A stretch of DNA of 64,000 nt from a virus. Position 1 is the first letter of the stretch. Each line of letters begins with the position of its first letter. Below, piece by piece: positions 55,355-63,499 of the stretch. The translations under genes and the position numbers were made by a program. The notes below the pieces were generated by a model. That model saw only the letters and a program-made list of their open reading frames with translations, was not told where the DNA came from and did not search any database. The stretch covers positions 1 through 64,000 of the IMG/VR virus record IMGVR_UViG_3300027798_000035; one strand, 5' to 3'.

Positions 55355-57330
55355 TATGCGCTACCTCCATCTAGTCCAGAACTTGGTGAACCTACTTCAA
55401 TCCAGAACGAATCATAATACACATACATTGCGCCAGTATCAGATTTGTACCATAAGTTACCTGCAACTGGTGAGGTTGGGGCAGTATCAGATACCGCGAT
55501 TAGAGCAACCGTACCTGAAGCATTAGGAAGCGTGATAGTTCTATCAGCGGTGGGGTCCGTAACACTCAAGGTTGTTTCAAAGCCATCGGCAGTTGCGCCT
55601 TCAAAAACAACCGACCCTGTTAGGGCAATATTGCCTACGACATCAAGTTTTTCGGTTGGACTGCTTGTACCGATGCCAACATTTCCCGCACCAGTGATAC
55701 GCATACGCTCAGTAGTCTTTACGGCAGCATCATTAGTAGCACCAGTACCTACACCAAATGATAAATATTCAGTAGCCCAAGCACCAGTAAACCCTGCTGA
55801 AATGTCTGCTGCACGACGAACGGTATTATCGCCAGTTCCCACAAAAGTAGGATAGAAAGAATACCCAGCAAGTAATCCTTGTGCGGATGAGTCTGCTCTT
55901 GCACAAAAATTATGGGAAACACCATTACCAAAGTTTTTGATACTGTTTACTGGACCAACAAAATCACCTGAAGAGTTGACTGTTACTAACGCTGTTCCAC
56001 TTGAGTTTTGTATTTCAAACAATGAACCTGATTGTGATGCAGCACCCTTAACAACAAACGCTTTATCGGCAGCAGTTGTATTAACTATTTGTGCCATCGC
56101 ACCACTAGTTAGTAACGCGCCTACACCTAGACGACCAGCCATATAGTTGGCTGCTGTACCGTTTGCCATAAAGTTCCAGCGACCAGTACCTGAAGCAATA
56201 TCGGAGTAAAAGCCATAGTTGTTTGTTGCGCCAGTCATTGCAGAGTCAACAACAAAACCTATTTGTGTTGTGACTGTAGACCCAGCACCAAACGACACCT
56301 GTGCCGCCTGAAAGTGAAAGAGCGAAGAAAGTGTAAAAGCAGAAGCAACAGTATTTGCACCACTACGGTAATAGGTGGCTGACGCCGTAACATCAGATTG
56401 TATAACACCATTGTTCAAAATACCAAAAGAAGTAGTTGCGCCAGTTATCGTTTTAGTTAAAGTAAGAGTGCGACCAACAGAAGGTGTAACACCAATACCA
56501 ACATTGCCTACGGAGTTAACTTTGAACTGTGATGTTCCACCAGAGTCCTGAATATCAAGGAAGTCACCTGATTGTGATGCAGCACCTTTAACTACTAAAA
56601 CTTTAGCGGCGGCAGTAGAAGTTGTAACTATTGTTCCGTTTGAAGCGAATGTGGCAATGTCTGTAGTGCCCGAACCAATACGAACATCAAATGCGGCTGT
56701 GCCACCAAAAGCAACATAGCCCATATCGGTTGCATCAATAGTTCTTTGGATTTTTGCTTGCGCGCTAGTCCAGTCAGCACCAGTAGATACACGCCTGTAT
56801 TTTGTATAAATAATGTCTTGGTTGGCGTTTGTTGCTCTAACTTGCGTAGCAATAAGTTCATCACCAGCAGTGCCTCCTAATGCACCACTGGCAACATGCA
56901 AAAACGAACTAGGTGAGGCAGTTCCGATGCCGACGCGATTGTTAGTTGAATCAACTTTCAAGGTAGTTGTGTCAACGGTCAAGTCACCAGTAACTGTTAA
57001 GGCAGTTAAAGTACCTACAGAAGTAATTGCTGTTTGAGCCGCACCAGTTACAGTTGCAGCAGTACCAGTAGTGTTTTGGTTGAGAGTAGGAACATCCCCT
57101 GCACTAATGGTTGCATTTACCCAGTTAGTTCCGTTGTATCTTACGAATTGAGTCGTAGCGGGAGATGTAATAACAACATCAGTAAGGTCGTTTAATGCCG
57201 CTACTGCTGATCCACCGACAGAAGCCGCCCCAAACTTAGTTCCGTTATATACAAGGGCATCACCATTAGAGGCTCCTGCGGTATCAATTTCAATGCCCTT
57301 AACCTTGAGAGCCTTTAGAAAGTTAGACAT
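55354..57330 (-). CDS. tail fibre shaft/branching protein
   Basis: LNDLTDV; VGIG repeats; FEGATAD.FETTL...DPTADRTITLP; SDTAP..P..G.LW..SDTG..YVYYD; ends LDGGSA. Confidence 0.85.
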   Translation of the reverse strand: MSNFLKALKVKGIEIDTAGASNGDALVYNGTKFGAASVGGSAVAALNDLTDVVITSPATTQFVRYNGTNWVNATISAGDVPTLNQNTTGTAATVTGAAQTAITSVGTLTALTVTGDLTVDTTTLKVDSTNNRVGIGTASPSSFLHVASGALGGTAGDELIATQVRATNANQDIIYTKYRRVSTGADWTSAQAKIQRTIDATDMGYVAFGGTAAFDVRIGSGTTDIATFASNGTIVTTSTAAAKVLVVKGAASQSGDFLDIQDSGGTSQFKVNSVGNVGIGVTPSVGRTLTLTKTITGATTSFGILNNGVIQSDVTASATYYRSGANTVASAFTLSSLFHFQAAQVSFGAGSTVTTQIGFVVDSAMTGATNNYGFYSDIASGTGRWNFMANGTAANYMAGRLGVGALLTSGAMAQIVNTTAADKAFVVKGAASQSGSLFEIQNSSGTALVTVNSSGDFVGPVNSIKNFGNGVSHNFCARADSSAQGLLAGYSFYPTFVGTGDNTVRRAADISAGFTGAWATEYLSFGVGTGATNDAAVKTTERMRITGAGNVGIGTSSPTEKLDVVGNIALTGSVVFEGATADGFETTLSVTDPTADRTITLPNASGTVALIAVSDTAPTSPVAGNLWYKSDTGAMYVYYDSFWIEVGSPSSGLDGGSA

Positions 57331-57350
57331 TGTTGTCCTTTAATGACGGA

Positions 57351-58583
57351 TTAAGCAAGAATAACGACTCGGTACTGGTTGGCAGTCGGGGCAGTTGCAA
57401 AAGAGACTGTTGTGGTACTACTGGTGTTCACGACATCAGCGTACACAACTTCTCCAGTAGATACTTCATATACAGACACAATGAGGTCAGCAGTAGCCAA
57501 ACCGTGTGTAAGGGTATAAGAAGTAGCACTTGTTGACAAAGTGGCGTAATGCCTTGTTTTGGTCCATACGGGGGCACTAGCACCTGCGAGTAACTGGTAG
57601 CCAGTTGTACCTAACGCAAGGGTTGAAGTGGCTCCTGAGCCAGTCTGGTAAACAATAGAACCAGCGGCACCACCAGTAACATTGGTTGCAGTCGTGGCAG
57701 TTGAAGAGTTACCCGTGTACTGGGAAACTGAAAGAACTTCAGTACCAGCAATCTTTAGGACTTTGCCCGATGCGAGGTTGATGTGCTCGGAAGAAGTCCA
57801 TGAATCAGTAGCGTCAACCCAGTTCCAAGTCTTGTCTGTACCACCCCTAAGAGTAATACCACCACCATCTGCTAAGGAATCCAGTGTGTTACCATCTGCC
57901 AAAACAATGTTCTTATCATCAACACTCATGGTGGTTGAGTTAATTGTGGTAGTTGTACCGTTTACGGTTAAGTTACCCGCAATTGTTACCGTACCTGCGG
58001 CATGACCAATGTTGATCGCAGTAGCCGAACTACCAAATTCAATGGTAGTAGCCGCGGTAGTAATAAGGCCAAAAGTAGTGCTGGAGGTGGTAATTGAAGT
58101 TACGAACGAGGGGCTGGTGTTAAAAACAAGAGAACCAGAACCAGTTTCATCTGAAAGAACTCCCGCTAGTTGTGCTGATGTAGTAGCAGCAAACTGAGCA
58201 AGAGTGTTAGTAGTTAAGGCCACATTAGAAATTGCGCCACTAGAACCATTAACTGTGGTTACACCAGTACTTGAGGTTAAATAGGTAGCAGTATCAACTG
58301 ACCAAGTACTAGAACCATTGGTCTTAAGGAAGCCTGCGGTACCAGTAAGGGCGGCAATCGCCGTAAGGTCAGCATCTGCTGGTTGCCAGGTGCCCGAACC
58401 ACCAGATGAGAGTTCTACCCATGCGGAGCCGTTGTGATACTTAAGTTTGTTAAGTCCACCGTTGGTATCAAAATAGATACCACCAAGTTTTGCGTTAGCG
58501 GTAGGAACAGTACCTAAGTTATGGATAACGGGGTTTTGGAGTTCGTTACCATTTAAGTTGATGTTTGTTAGAAACTTGGACAT
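57351..58583 (-). CDS. tail fibre protein
   Basis: FLTNINLNGNELQN; DADLTAIAAL; SDETGSG.LVF; GNLTVNGTTTTINST...V.DK; THGL.T.D...APTANQYRVVI. Confidence 0.82.
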   Translation of the reverse strand: MSKFLTNINLNGNELQNPVIHNLGTVPTANAKLGGIYFDTNGGLNKLKYHNGSAWVELSSGGSGTWQPADADLTAIAALTGTAGFLKTNGSSTWSVDTATYLTSSTGVTTVNGSSGAISNVALTTNTLAQFAATTSAQLAGVLSDETGSGSLVFNTSPSFVTSITTSSTTFGLITTAATTIEFGSSATAINIGHAAGTVTIAGNLTVNGTTTTINSTTMSVDDKNIVLADGNTLDSLADGGGITLRGGTDKTWNWVDATDSWTSSEHINLASGKVLKIAGTEVLSVSQYTGNSSTATTATNVTGGAAGSIVYQTGSGATSTLALGTTGYQLLAGASAPVWTKTRHYATLSTSATSYTLTHGLATADLIVSVYEVSTGEVVYADVVNTSSTTTVSFATAPTANQYRVVILA

Positions 58584-58590
58584 TTAAACC

Positions 58591-59013
58591 TCACGACAAA
58601 TAGGCTTTACCGCCAAAAGAGGCGTTAAAGGACACAGAAAGTGTGTTTGCTGATATATATGTTACATCACCAATTACAAGGTTTTCCCCGCTGTCTACAA
58701 CAGAAACTGCTGGGTAATAGCCTAAATTATGATTTATTGTCCAAGTGGATGCTGACGCGCTTTGTGTGTGTATATAACTACCTGAAACAGGTAATACGAA
58801 GTTTAGTACTTGAGAAGGAATGGTACCTGTAATATTTACGGCGGCTGTACCTGTAGTAACAGTTCCAACCGTTAGAACATTAGGTGGACCAGCCACACCA
58901 GGGTCGTGTATCTCCAGCAGACGATCAGCGGGTTCTGAGACCACCGAGTCTGTCTTAGTGCGGGTAACCGTAATAAATTTGCCCGCGGGCTTGGATACCT
59001 CTACAGTGCTCAT
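58591..59013 (-). CDS. fibre adaptor/structural protein (start MSTVEV)
   Basis: LTVGTVTTG...LNFVLP; YIHTQS.SASTWTINHNLG.YP.V.VVDS...F...F.GKAYL. Confidence 0.75.
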   Translation of the reverse strand: MSTVEVSKPAGKFITVTRTKTDSVVSEPADRLLEIHDPGVAGPPNVLTVGTVTTGTAAVNITGTIPSQVLNFVLPVSGSYIHTQSASASTWTINHNLGYYPAVSVVDSGENLVIGDVTYISANTLSVSFNASFGGKAYLS

Positions 59014-59747
59014 GCTGGGGGCGTAGACACCGCTTGCTGGACAAATAGAGTTCCCGATGCGAGGTTGTCCCAATCCCCAGCGGAGTCCTTAACAAACAGG
59101 TCAAATGCGTGATCACCAGCGGGGATACTGTTCTTATCAGAAATATGAATTTCTAAGGTAGCGCCAGCGGCGGGGGCAATATATCCGCGACGGTTAGCCG
59201 TTAAGGCAAGTATTGTAGCCTCATTGGGAGCGGTGGCGTACCAGCGTAGGTCTAGGACCGTAGTACCTGCGGCGTTCTTTGCCTGCATATATGCGTCTGT
59301 GACTGCAATAATGACATCATCGGCATCGCGCCAAGTAAATTTACGACGGAAGTCCACATACTGTTTGAATCTGATCTCCATTGCCTGTGAGTCCTCCGAA
59401 GGTGTAATATCGTCCGATTCTGCTACTGAAATGATTCCACGGACGACTGGTTGGGTAATTGTTGGCGTTTGACCTGTGTAATAAACCAATCGGTTGCAGG
59501 TAGCAATAACATCAAATTCAAGATCGCCAACTGGTAATTCTCGTGTCTGCTCAGCGGTCAAGCAAATCAGTATTTCACCCTTATTAGTAAGTGTAATAGC
59601 AAATTCACTAACGGTATTACCGCTAGTTTTAATGGCGCCACGGGCCTCAGAAACTGCTACCAGACGGTGCGTACGGCGATCTTTGACGACGACGAGTCTT
59701 TCCCATGGTAAACCCTTAGTAAGTGTATATGCGGCCCGATTCGTCAT
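59010..59747 (-). CDS. structural protein with two BppU-like beta-sandwich repeats
   Basis: Two similar units (G.I...LT.EQT..L....FD.....G.I.V and I.I....S......FD......G...V). Confidence 0.55.
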   Translation of the reverse strand: MTNRAAYTLTKGLPWERLVVVKDRRTHRLVAVSEARGAIKTSGNTVSEFAITLTNKGEILICLTAEQTRELPVGDLEFDVIATCNRLVYYTGQTPTITQPVVRGIISVAESDDITPSEDSQAMEIRFKQYVDFRRKFTWRDADDVIIAVTDAYMQAKNAAGTTVLDLRWYATAPNEATILALTANRRGYIAPAAGATLEIHISDKNSIPAGDHAFDLFVKDSAGDWDNLASGTLFVQQAVSTPPA

Positions 59748-59761
59748 GGTCTAATAATACC

Positions 59762-59932
59762 TCATTCATCGTCATCAGGGGTAAATACTCCTGCCATATG
59801 AAACAACAATGATACTACTGCAATGACTACACCAAGGTCACGAGTTGACCCTGAGAGTGTAATAAGAACTAATCCAGTACCTCCAAGGGTCCAGGCCAAT
59901 CCTGATGATTCTTTCCATAATTTCTTAAACAT
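59762..59932 (-). CDS. small two-TM membrane protein (56 aa)
   Basis: Manually translated MFKKLWKESSGLAWTLGGTGLVLITLSGSTRDLGVVIAVVSLLFHMAGVFTPDDDE. Confidence 0.7.
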   Translation of the reverse strand: MFKKLWKESSGLAWTLGGTGLVLITLSGSTRDLGVVIAVVSLLFHMAGVFTPDDDE

Positions 59933-59934
59933 GG

Positions 59935-61248
59935 TTACTGCTTTCGGGTCACTGGGGTGGGCATTGCGAATATAACTGCTGTTGCCGCGACTATTGCTCG
60001 TCGTGCCCCTACCGAGACCGCTGATCCCGTTGGCACATAATTATCAAATTGTCCGCCGAACACATTAATCTGGTCCTGGAATTCTTCTTTTACATCGTCA
60101 GGGGCGTCTGTTAGTGCTTCTGAAAGAGCCGAAGCCTGTTCATCAGACAATTCACTCGGGACGATGGCATCAATAAGTTGCGTTACTTGCTCATCGGATA
60201 GTTCGTTAAGTACTTCTTCGCTAAAGACAGCGGAGATTGATTCCTCGGTTAATTCACTTACATCAATAGATTCTACTAGTTCAGTAATTTCTTCATCAGA
60301 TAATTCGTCAATTGAGGAAACTAGTTCATCCGCTAATTGATTTACTTCTTCTGTAGTGGGGTTATCAGGTATTACTGTGTCTTCCTCAGGTACGGTCGTT
60401 ATAGGTGTCTCTGTACTCTCTGGAATCTCTGGAATCTCTGGAATCTCTGGAATTGTCGTAGGTGCAGATGTAACAGTCGGGGGCGCACTCGTGCTTGATG
60501 TCGTCAAGGGTGTCGGGAAAAAGGGACTTGTAGTAGTTGTAGGAGTCAGAGAAGTTTGCGGGGGCGCCACAGTCTCCACAGATTGGCTCGTCGTAGGCAT
60601 TGTAGAAGGCGCCACAGTGTCCGCAACAGTAGTGCTCGTAATCTCCGTAGTCGTCGGGGACTCTGTTGTCGTTGGGACTTCCGTTGTCGTTGTTGCCTCG
60701 GTGGTCGGGACTTCCGTTACAGGCACAGTCGTTGTTGGGGCAATAGTAGTAGAGGTCGTCGGTGGTTCCGTGGATGTTGTAGTTGGTACCCATGTTGTAG
60801 TCGTCTCCGGAATAGTTGTTGTTTCAGGAATAGTAGTCGTTGTATTTACGGGATTACCATTAAATGATAACTCATATTGAATGTTCCAAGTGATACCATC
60901 ACGCCAAACATCTGGTTCCCAGCAACAAGTACCTGCTCGTAAGCGGTAATTACCTGCTGGTACTTCTAAGTCAATCTTAGATTGAAGACCAATGTAATCA
61001 TCATTAGAAATGATTAATTCCCCAGTATCGTCGTTGTACAACCAAAGTTGGGGGTCTGACTCAAATCCAGGTGACTGATATGTTTGTGCCAAAAACTGGG
61101 TTGGTTCTGAGTAGGAGAACCAGAAGTCGGTAATTTCCGTAATTATTGGGTTTGTATCAGCCTTAGCCGATGGTACTGGGAATAATGCGATGACTATTAA
61201 AGCCCATTGTAGTAATTGTGTGATGCGCCGAAATACGGCTCGTTTCAC
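59935..61248 (-). CDS. secreted, membrane-anchored protein: signal peptide, PPC-like domain, Thr/Pro stalk, acidic repeats, C-terminal hydrophobic anchor
   Basis: KRAVFRR...ALIVIALFPVPSAKA; DPQLWLY...SNDD.IGLQS.I.....G.YRLRA; about 150 aa of TTT/PTT; LSDEE/LSDEQ repeats; AIVAATAVIFAMP..RKQ. Confidence 0.8.
   Translation of the reverse strand: MKRAVFRRITQLLQWALIVIALFPVPSAKADTNPIITEITDFWFSYSEPTQFLAQTYQSPGFESDPQLWLYNDDTGELIISNDDYIGLQSKIDLEVPAGNYRLRAGTCCWEPDVWRDGITWNIQYELSFNGNPVNTTTTIPETTTIPETTTTWVPTTTSTEPPTTSTTIAPTTTVPVTEVPTTEATTTTEVPTTTESPTTTEITSTTVADTVAPSTMPTTSQSVETVAPPQTSLTPTTTTSPFFPTPLTTSSTSAPPTVTSAPTTIPEIPEIPEIPESTETPITTVPEEDTVIPDNPTTEEVNQLADELVSSIDELSDEEITELVESIDVSELTEESISAVFSEEVLNELSDEQVTQLIDAIVPSELSDEQASALSEALTDAPDDVKEEFQDQINVFGGQFDNYVPTGSAVSVGARRAIVAATAVIFAMPTPVTRKQ
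60417..60452. repeat. 4 x 9-bp perfect tandem repeat (TCTCTGGAA) encoding IPE x4
   Basis: Read directly from the sequence. Confidence 0.9.
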
Positions 61249-61427
61249 TTCTTCTTTTCTAAGAAGGATGCAATGTTGGGGTTACCGATAAGGGTAGAAG
61301 CCCAAGCCATTACAGCGGATACAGCGGGCATAAGAATAACTGCAAACTCAGGGTTATTACGGAAGCCGTAGGCAATAAGACCTAAGACTGCGCCCTTACC
61401 TGTCTGGTCAACGATTTGGTTTTTCAT
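61245..61427 (-). CDS. small membrane protein (holin candidate)
   Basis: 60 aa, two hydrophobic segments, KKK C-terminus, GGAGG RBS. Confidence 0.65.
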   Translation of the reverse strand: MKNQIVDQTGKGAVLGLIAYGFRNNPEFAVILMPAVSAVMAWASTLIGNPNIASFLEKKK

Positions 61428-61686
61428 TCCGGTCCTCCAAGTGTGTGTTAAAGCGGTTCTCTAAACGGTTTTGATCCTCACGAAGGTACCTTACATCTAC
61501 TTTTACTTCAGTAACGCTCGTGTGGGTATCAACAATCTTATCAGACAACTGATCTAACTTATTTTGAACGAGGGCGTGATCCTTGGCATTACTCCTAGTA
61601 AATTGAGTAATCAAAGTAATTAAAATGCCACCAATTGCGGTAACTACTGAGGCTTGTACAACTTCTGATACGCCGAATGCAAACAT
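61408..61686 (-). CDS. single-TM plus coiled-coil protein
   Basis: N-terminal TM then N..DH..V..KLD...V..DV...H. Confidence 0.7.
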   Translation of the reverse strand: MFAFGVSEVVQASVVTAIGGILITLITQFTRSNAKDHALVQNKLDQLSDKIVDTHTSVTEVKVDVRYLREDQNRLENRFNTHLEDRNEKPNR

Positions 61687-61689
61687 GAC

Positions 61690-61848
61690 TTAACGGGAAA
61701 CGGTGAGTGTCACAGACCATGAATTAGGCCCAACTGGGTAGGTACTCATCACTACGACATTCCGCCAACCCTCAGCCTTGGCTCGGCGCATCGCAATAGA
61801 GCGCACATCGCCAATATACGGGGTATTAATGTCGTAGGTGATGATCAT
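61690..61848 (-). CDS. small hypothetical protein (52 aa)
   Basis: Manually translated MIITYDINTPYIGDVRSIAMRRAKAEGWRNVVV...; TATACT just upstream suggests a short-leader mRNA. Confidence 0.55.
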   Translation of the reverse strand: MIITYDINTPYIGDVRSIAMRRAKAEGWRNVVVMSTYPVGPNSWSVTLTVSR

Positions 61849-61865
61849 AAGTTATAGAAGTATAA

Positions 61866-62042
61866 CTAGTATTTTTCATCTGTTTCTGGGTTTGGCATTC
61901 TTCCACCAATATACGGGTTATCTGCATCGTAGCCATAGGTCTTCCTATGTTTACGAGCCGCAGAACCAGCACGAAGTTCTTCAACAGCATGCATCCATGG
62001 ACGAGCGCCCGTGTTTTGTCCGCGGTGGTTAGTTACCGTCAT
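61866..62042 (-). CDS. small protein, NHRGQNTGAR paralog 2 (start MTVTNH)
   Basis: ATGA overlap with 62039..62308; shared N-terminal motif. Confidence 0.7.
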   Translation of the reverse strand: MTVTNHRGQNTGARPWMHAVEELRAGSAARKHRKTYGYDADNPYIGGRMPNPETDEKY

Positions 62043-62308
62043 CCGCGGCGACCCATGTTGCCAGCAATGGTGGATACTTCTGCTTCTTGCAACCACTGAT
62101 CAGCCATGTCGCCAGCACCTTCAGGGTCACCGCTTACTGCGGGGACTGCTCCGTACTGGCCCTGCATTTCAGCGGCTTCCTGCTCGCCCATGCGACGACC
62201 ACTAGTTGCATGCGTTACTGATCCACGACGCGCTCCTGCGCGCATGTCTTCAACGCCATGCATCCATACTCGGGCGCCAGTGTCTTGTCCTCTGTGATTA
62301 AGTGCCAT
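62039..62308 (-). CDS. small protein, NHRGQDTGAR paralog 1
   Basis: 89 aa with GGAGG RBS. Confidence 0.75.
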   Translation of the reverse strand: MALNHRGQDTGARVWMHGVEDMRAGARRGSVTHATSGRRMGEQEAAEMQGQYGAVPAVSGDPEGAGDMADQWLQEAEVSTIAGNMGRRG

Positions 62309-62384
62309 TATAAAACCTCCGTAATTCGGTATGGTTTTATTTTACACGATATATCACTACCGTGGGTTGCTTACAAGTTAATGA

Positions 62385-62651
62385 TTACCAGTCAAGAGGC
62401 ATGACGACAATTGGAGTATTTTCACCAATCCAAGCGCCAAGGATATTAAATTCAATGAACTCCACGGCGTCTTCAAAGTCCATATTGTCACGCTCTGTCA
62501 GGATTGCAATAATCTTTTCCCAACTATAAACAGCGAGCACAGGCTCATTGATTCTTTGCGATGTGCCAATGATGGCATCGTCCAGACCATCCATTAATAG
62601 CAGGTCGTCATGGATACTTGCGAGGTGCTCGCGGATAAGGTTAGAACTCAT
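62385..62651 (-). CDS. conserved phage hypothetical protein
   Basis: MDGLDDAIIG...AVYS..KII..L...M..EDA.EF.EFNI.GAW.GE.TP motif; AGGAG RBS. Confidence 0.8.
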   Translation of the reverse strand: MSSNLIREHLASIHDDLLLMDGLDDAIIGTSQRINEPVLAVYSWEKIIAILTERDNMDFEDAVEFIEFNILGAWIGENTPIVVMPLDW

Positions 62652-62702
62652 GTGATTCTCCTAATTGTGTGGTTTTTTCTTATATTACTTTTTAGTTACT
62701 TT

Positions 62703-63254
62703 TTATGTAAAAGATGGACCGTTAATGCCAGTCACCCTTAGGTGTTCTTCCGGATCGTAGACCGTCACATCTGCGTCTGGACTCCACGCGGCGATACTAT
62801 CGCGGTTGCCATGATAACCCCAACTTGAGAGTGTGTCAGCAACATTTTCAGTGTGCTTATTGGATTTTGCCCAATTATGGACTGCCTGATTACCTTTACC
62901 ATAATGGCTCATGTCAAAGTGACCACCGTGGTCATCTAACCATTCTTCAGGGTCAGATTTACCGTAGTCATGGTAATCATTCAGCGCCTGAGTAACTTGA
63001 CGCTGATTTTCTAGGTGTGGGTCGTCATTAACATCACCATATATACGCAATGCACGAGTTGGTTGTGTTGTGACAACATGGTCACCCCATGCGCGGGCGT
63101 CAACCTCACGGGTAGTCATGTATGCGCCAGGGATACCTGCAATTACATCATCACCTGAGGGTGATATACCGTGCTGAAGAATACTCTTAACATTATGTCC
63201 GCTAGTTCCATGGAATAACTTTTGGTCTTTATTAATGTACTCGTGAGCAGGCAT
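62703..63254 (-). CDS. ADP-ribosyltransferase-fold protein
   Basis: LFHGTS....SILQHGI...GAYMTT....A.AW...GYHG......VTVYDP. Confidence 0.6.
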   Translation of the reverse strand: MPAHEYINKDQKLFHGTSGHNVKSILQHGISPSGDDVIAGIPGAYMTTREVDARAWGDHVVTTQPTRALRIYGDVNDDPHLENQRQVTQALNDYHDYGKSDPEEWLDDHGGHFDMSHYGKGNQAVHNWAKSNKHTENVADTLSSWGYHGNRDSIAAWSPDADVTVYDPEEHLRVTGINGPSFT

Positions 63255-63499
63255 TACTCCGTCTTTTCAATCTTGTCAAACACTGAGTTGATCTCTTTAG
63301 CGTCTAACTTACCATCATCAATGTATGCCCGCGCAAGTCCTTCAATAACTGTGGACATACCGCCGATACCAGCCATGAGGCAGGCTTTCCATAATGGTAC
63401 ACCTGCGATAGCGCCCGCTCCAACCACACCAAGTGCTGAGGCGGCAAATACTGCCAGAATCCTCATACCAATGGCTTTAATGTTTGTAATGTCTTTCAT
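63254..63499 (-). CDS. small membrane protein (holin candidate)
   Basis: RILAVFAASALGVVGAGAIAG..LWKA.LMAG.GG...V.E.LARA..DDGKL...EIN..F. Confidence 0.7.
   Translation of the reverse strand: MKDITNIKAIGMRILAVFAASALGVVGAGAIAGVPLWKACLMAGIGGMSTVIEGLARAYIDDGKLDAKEINSVFDKIEKTE

Noticed and set aside
60356-60880. 174-aa Val-rich plus-strand ORF
   Set aside because: Antisense shadow of the Thr-rich stalk. Similar plus-strand ORFs opposite recA, scaffold and fibre genes were rejected for the same reason.
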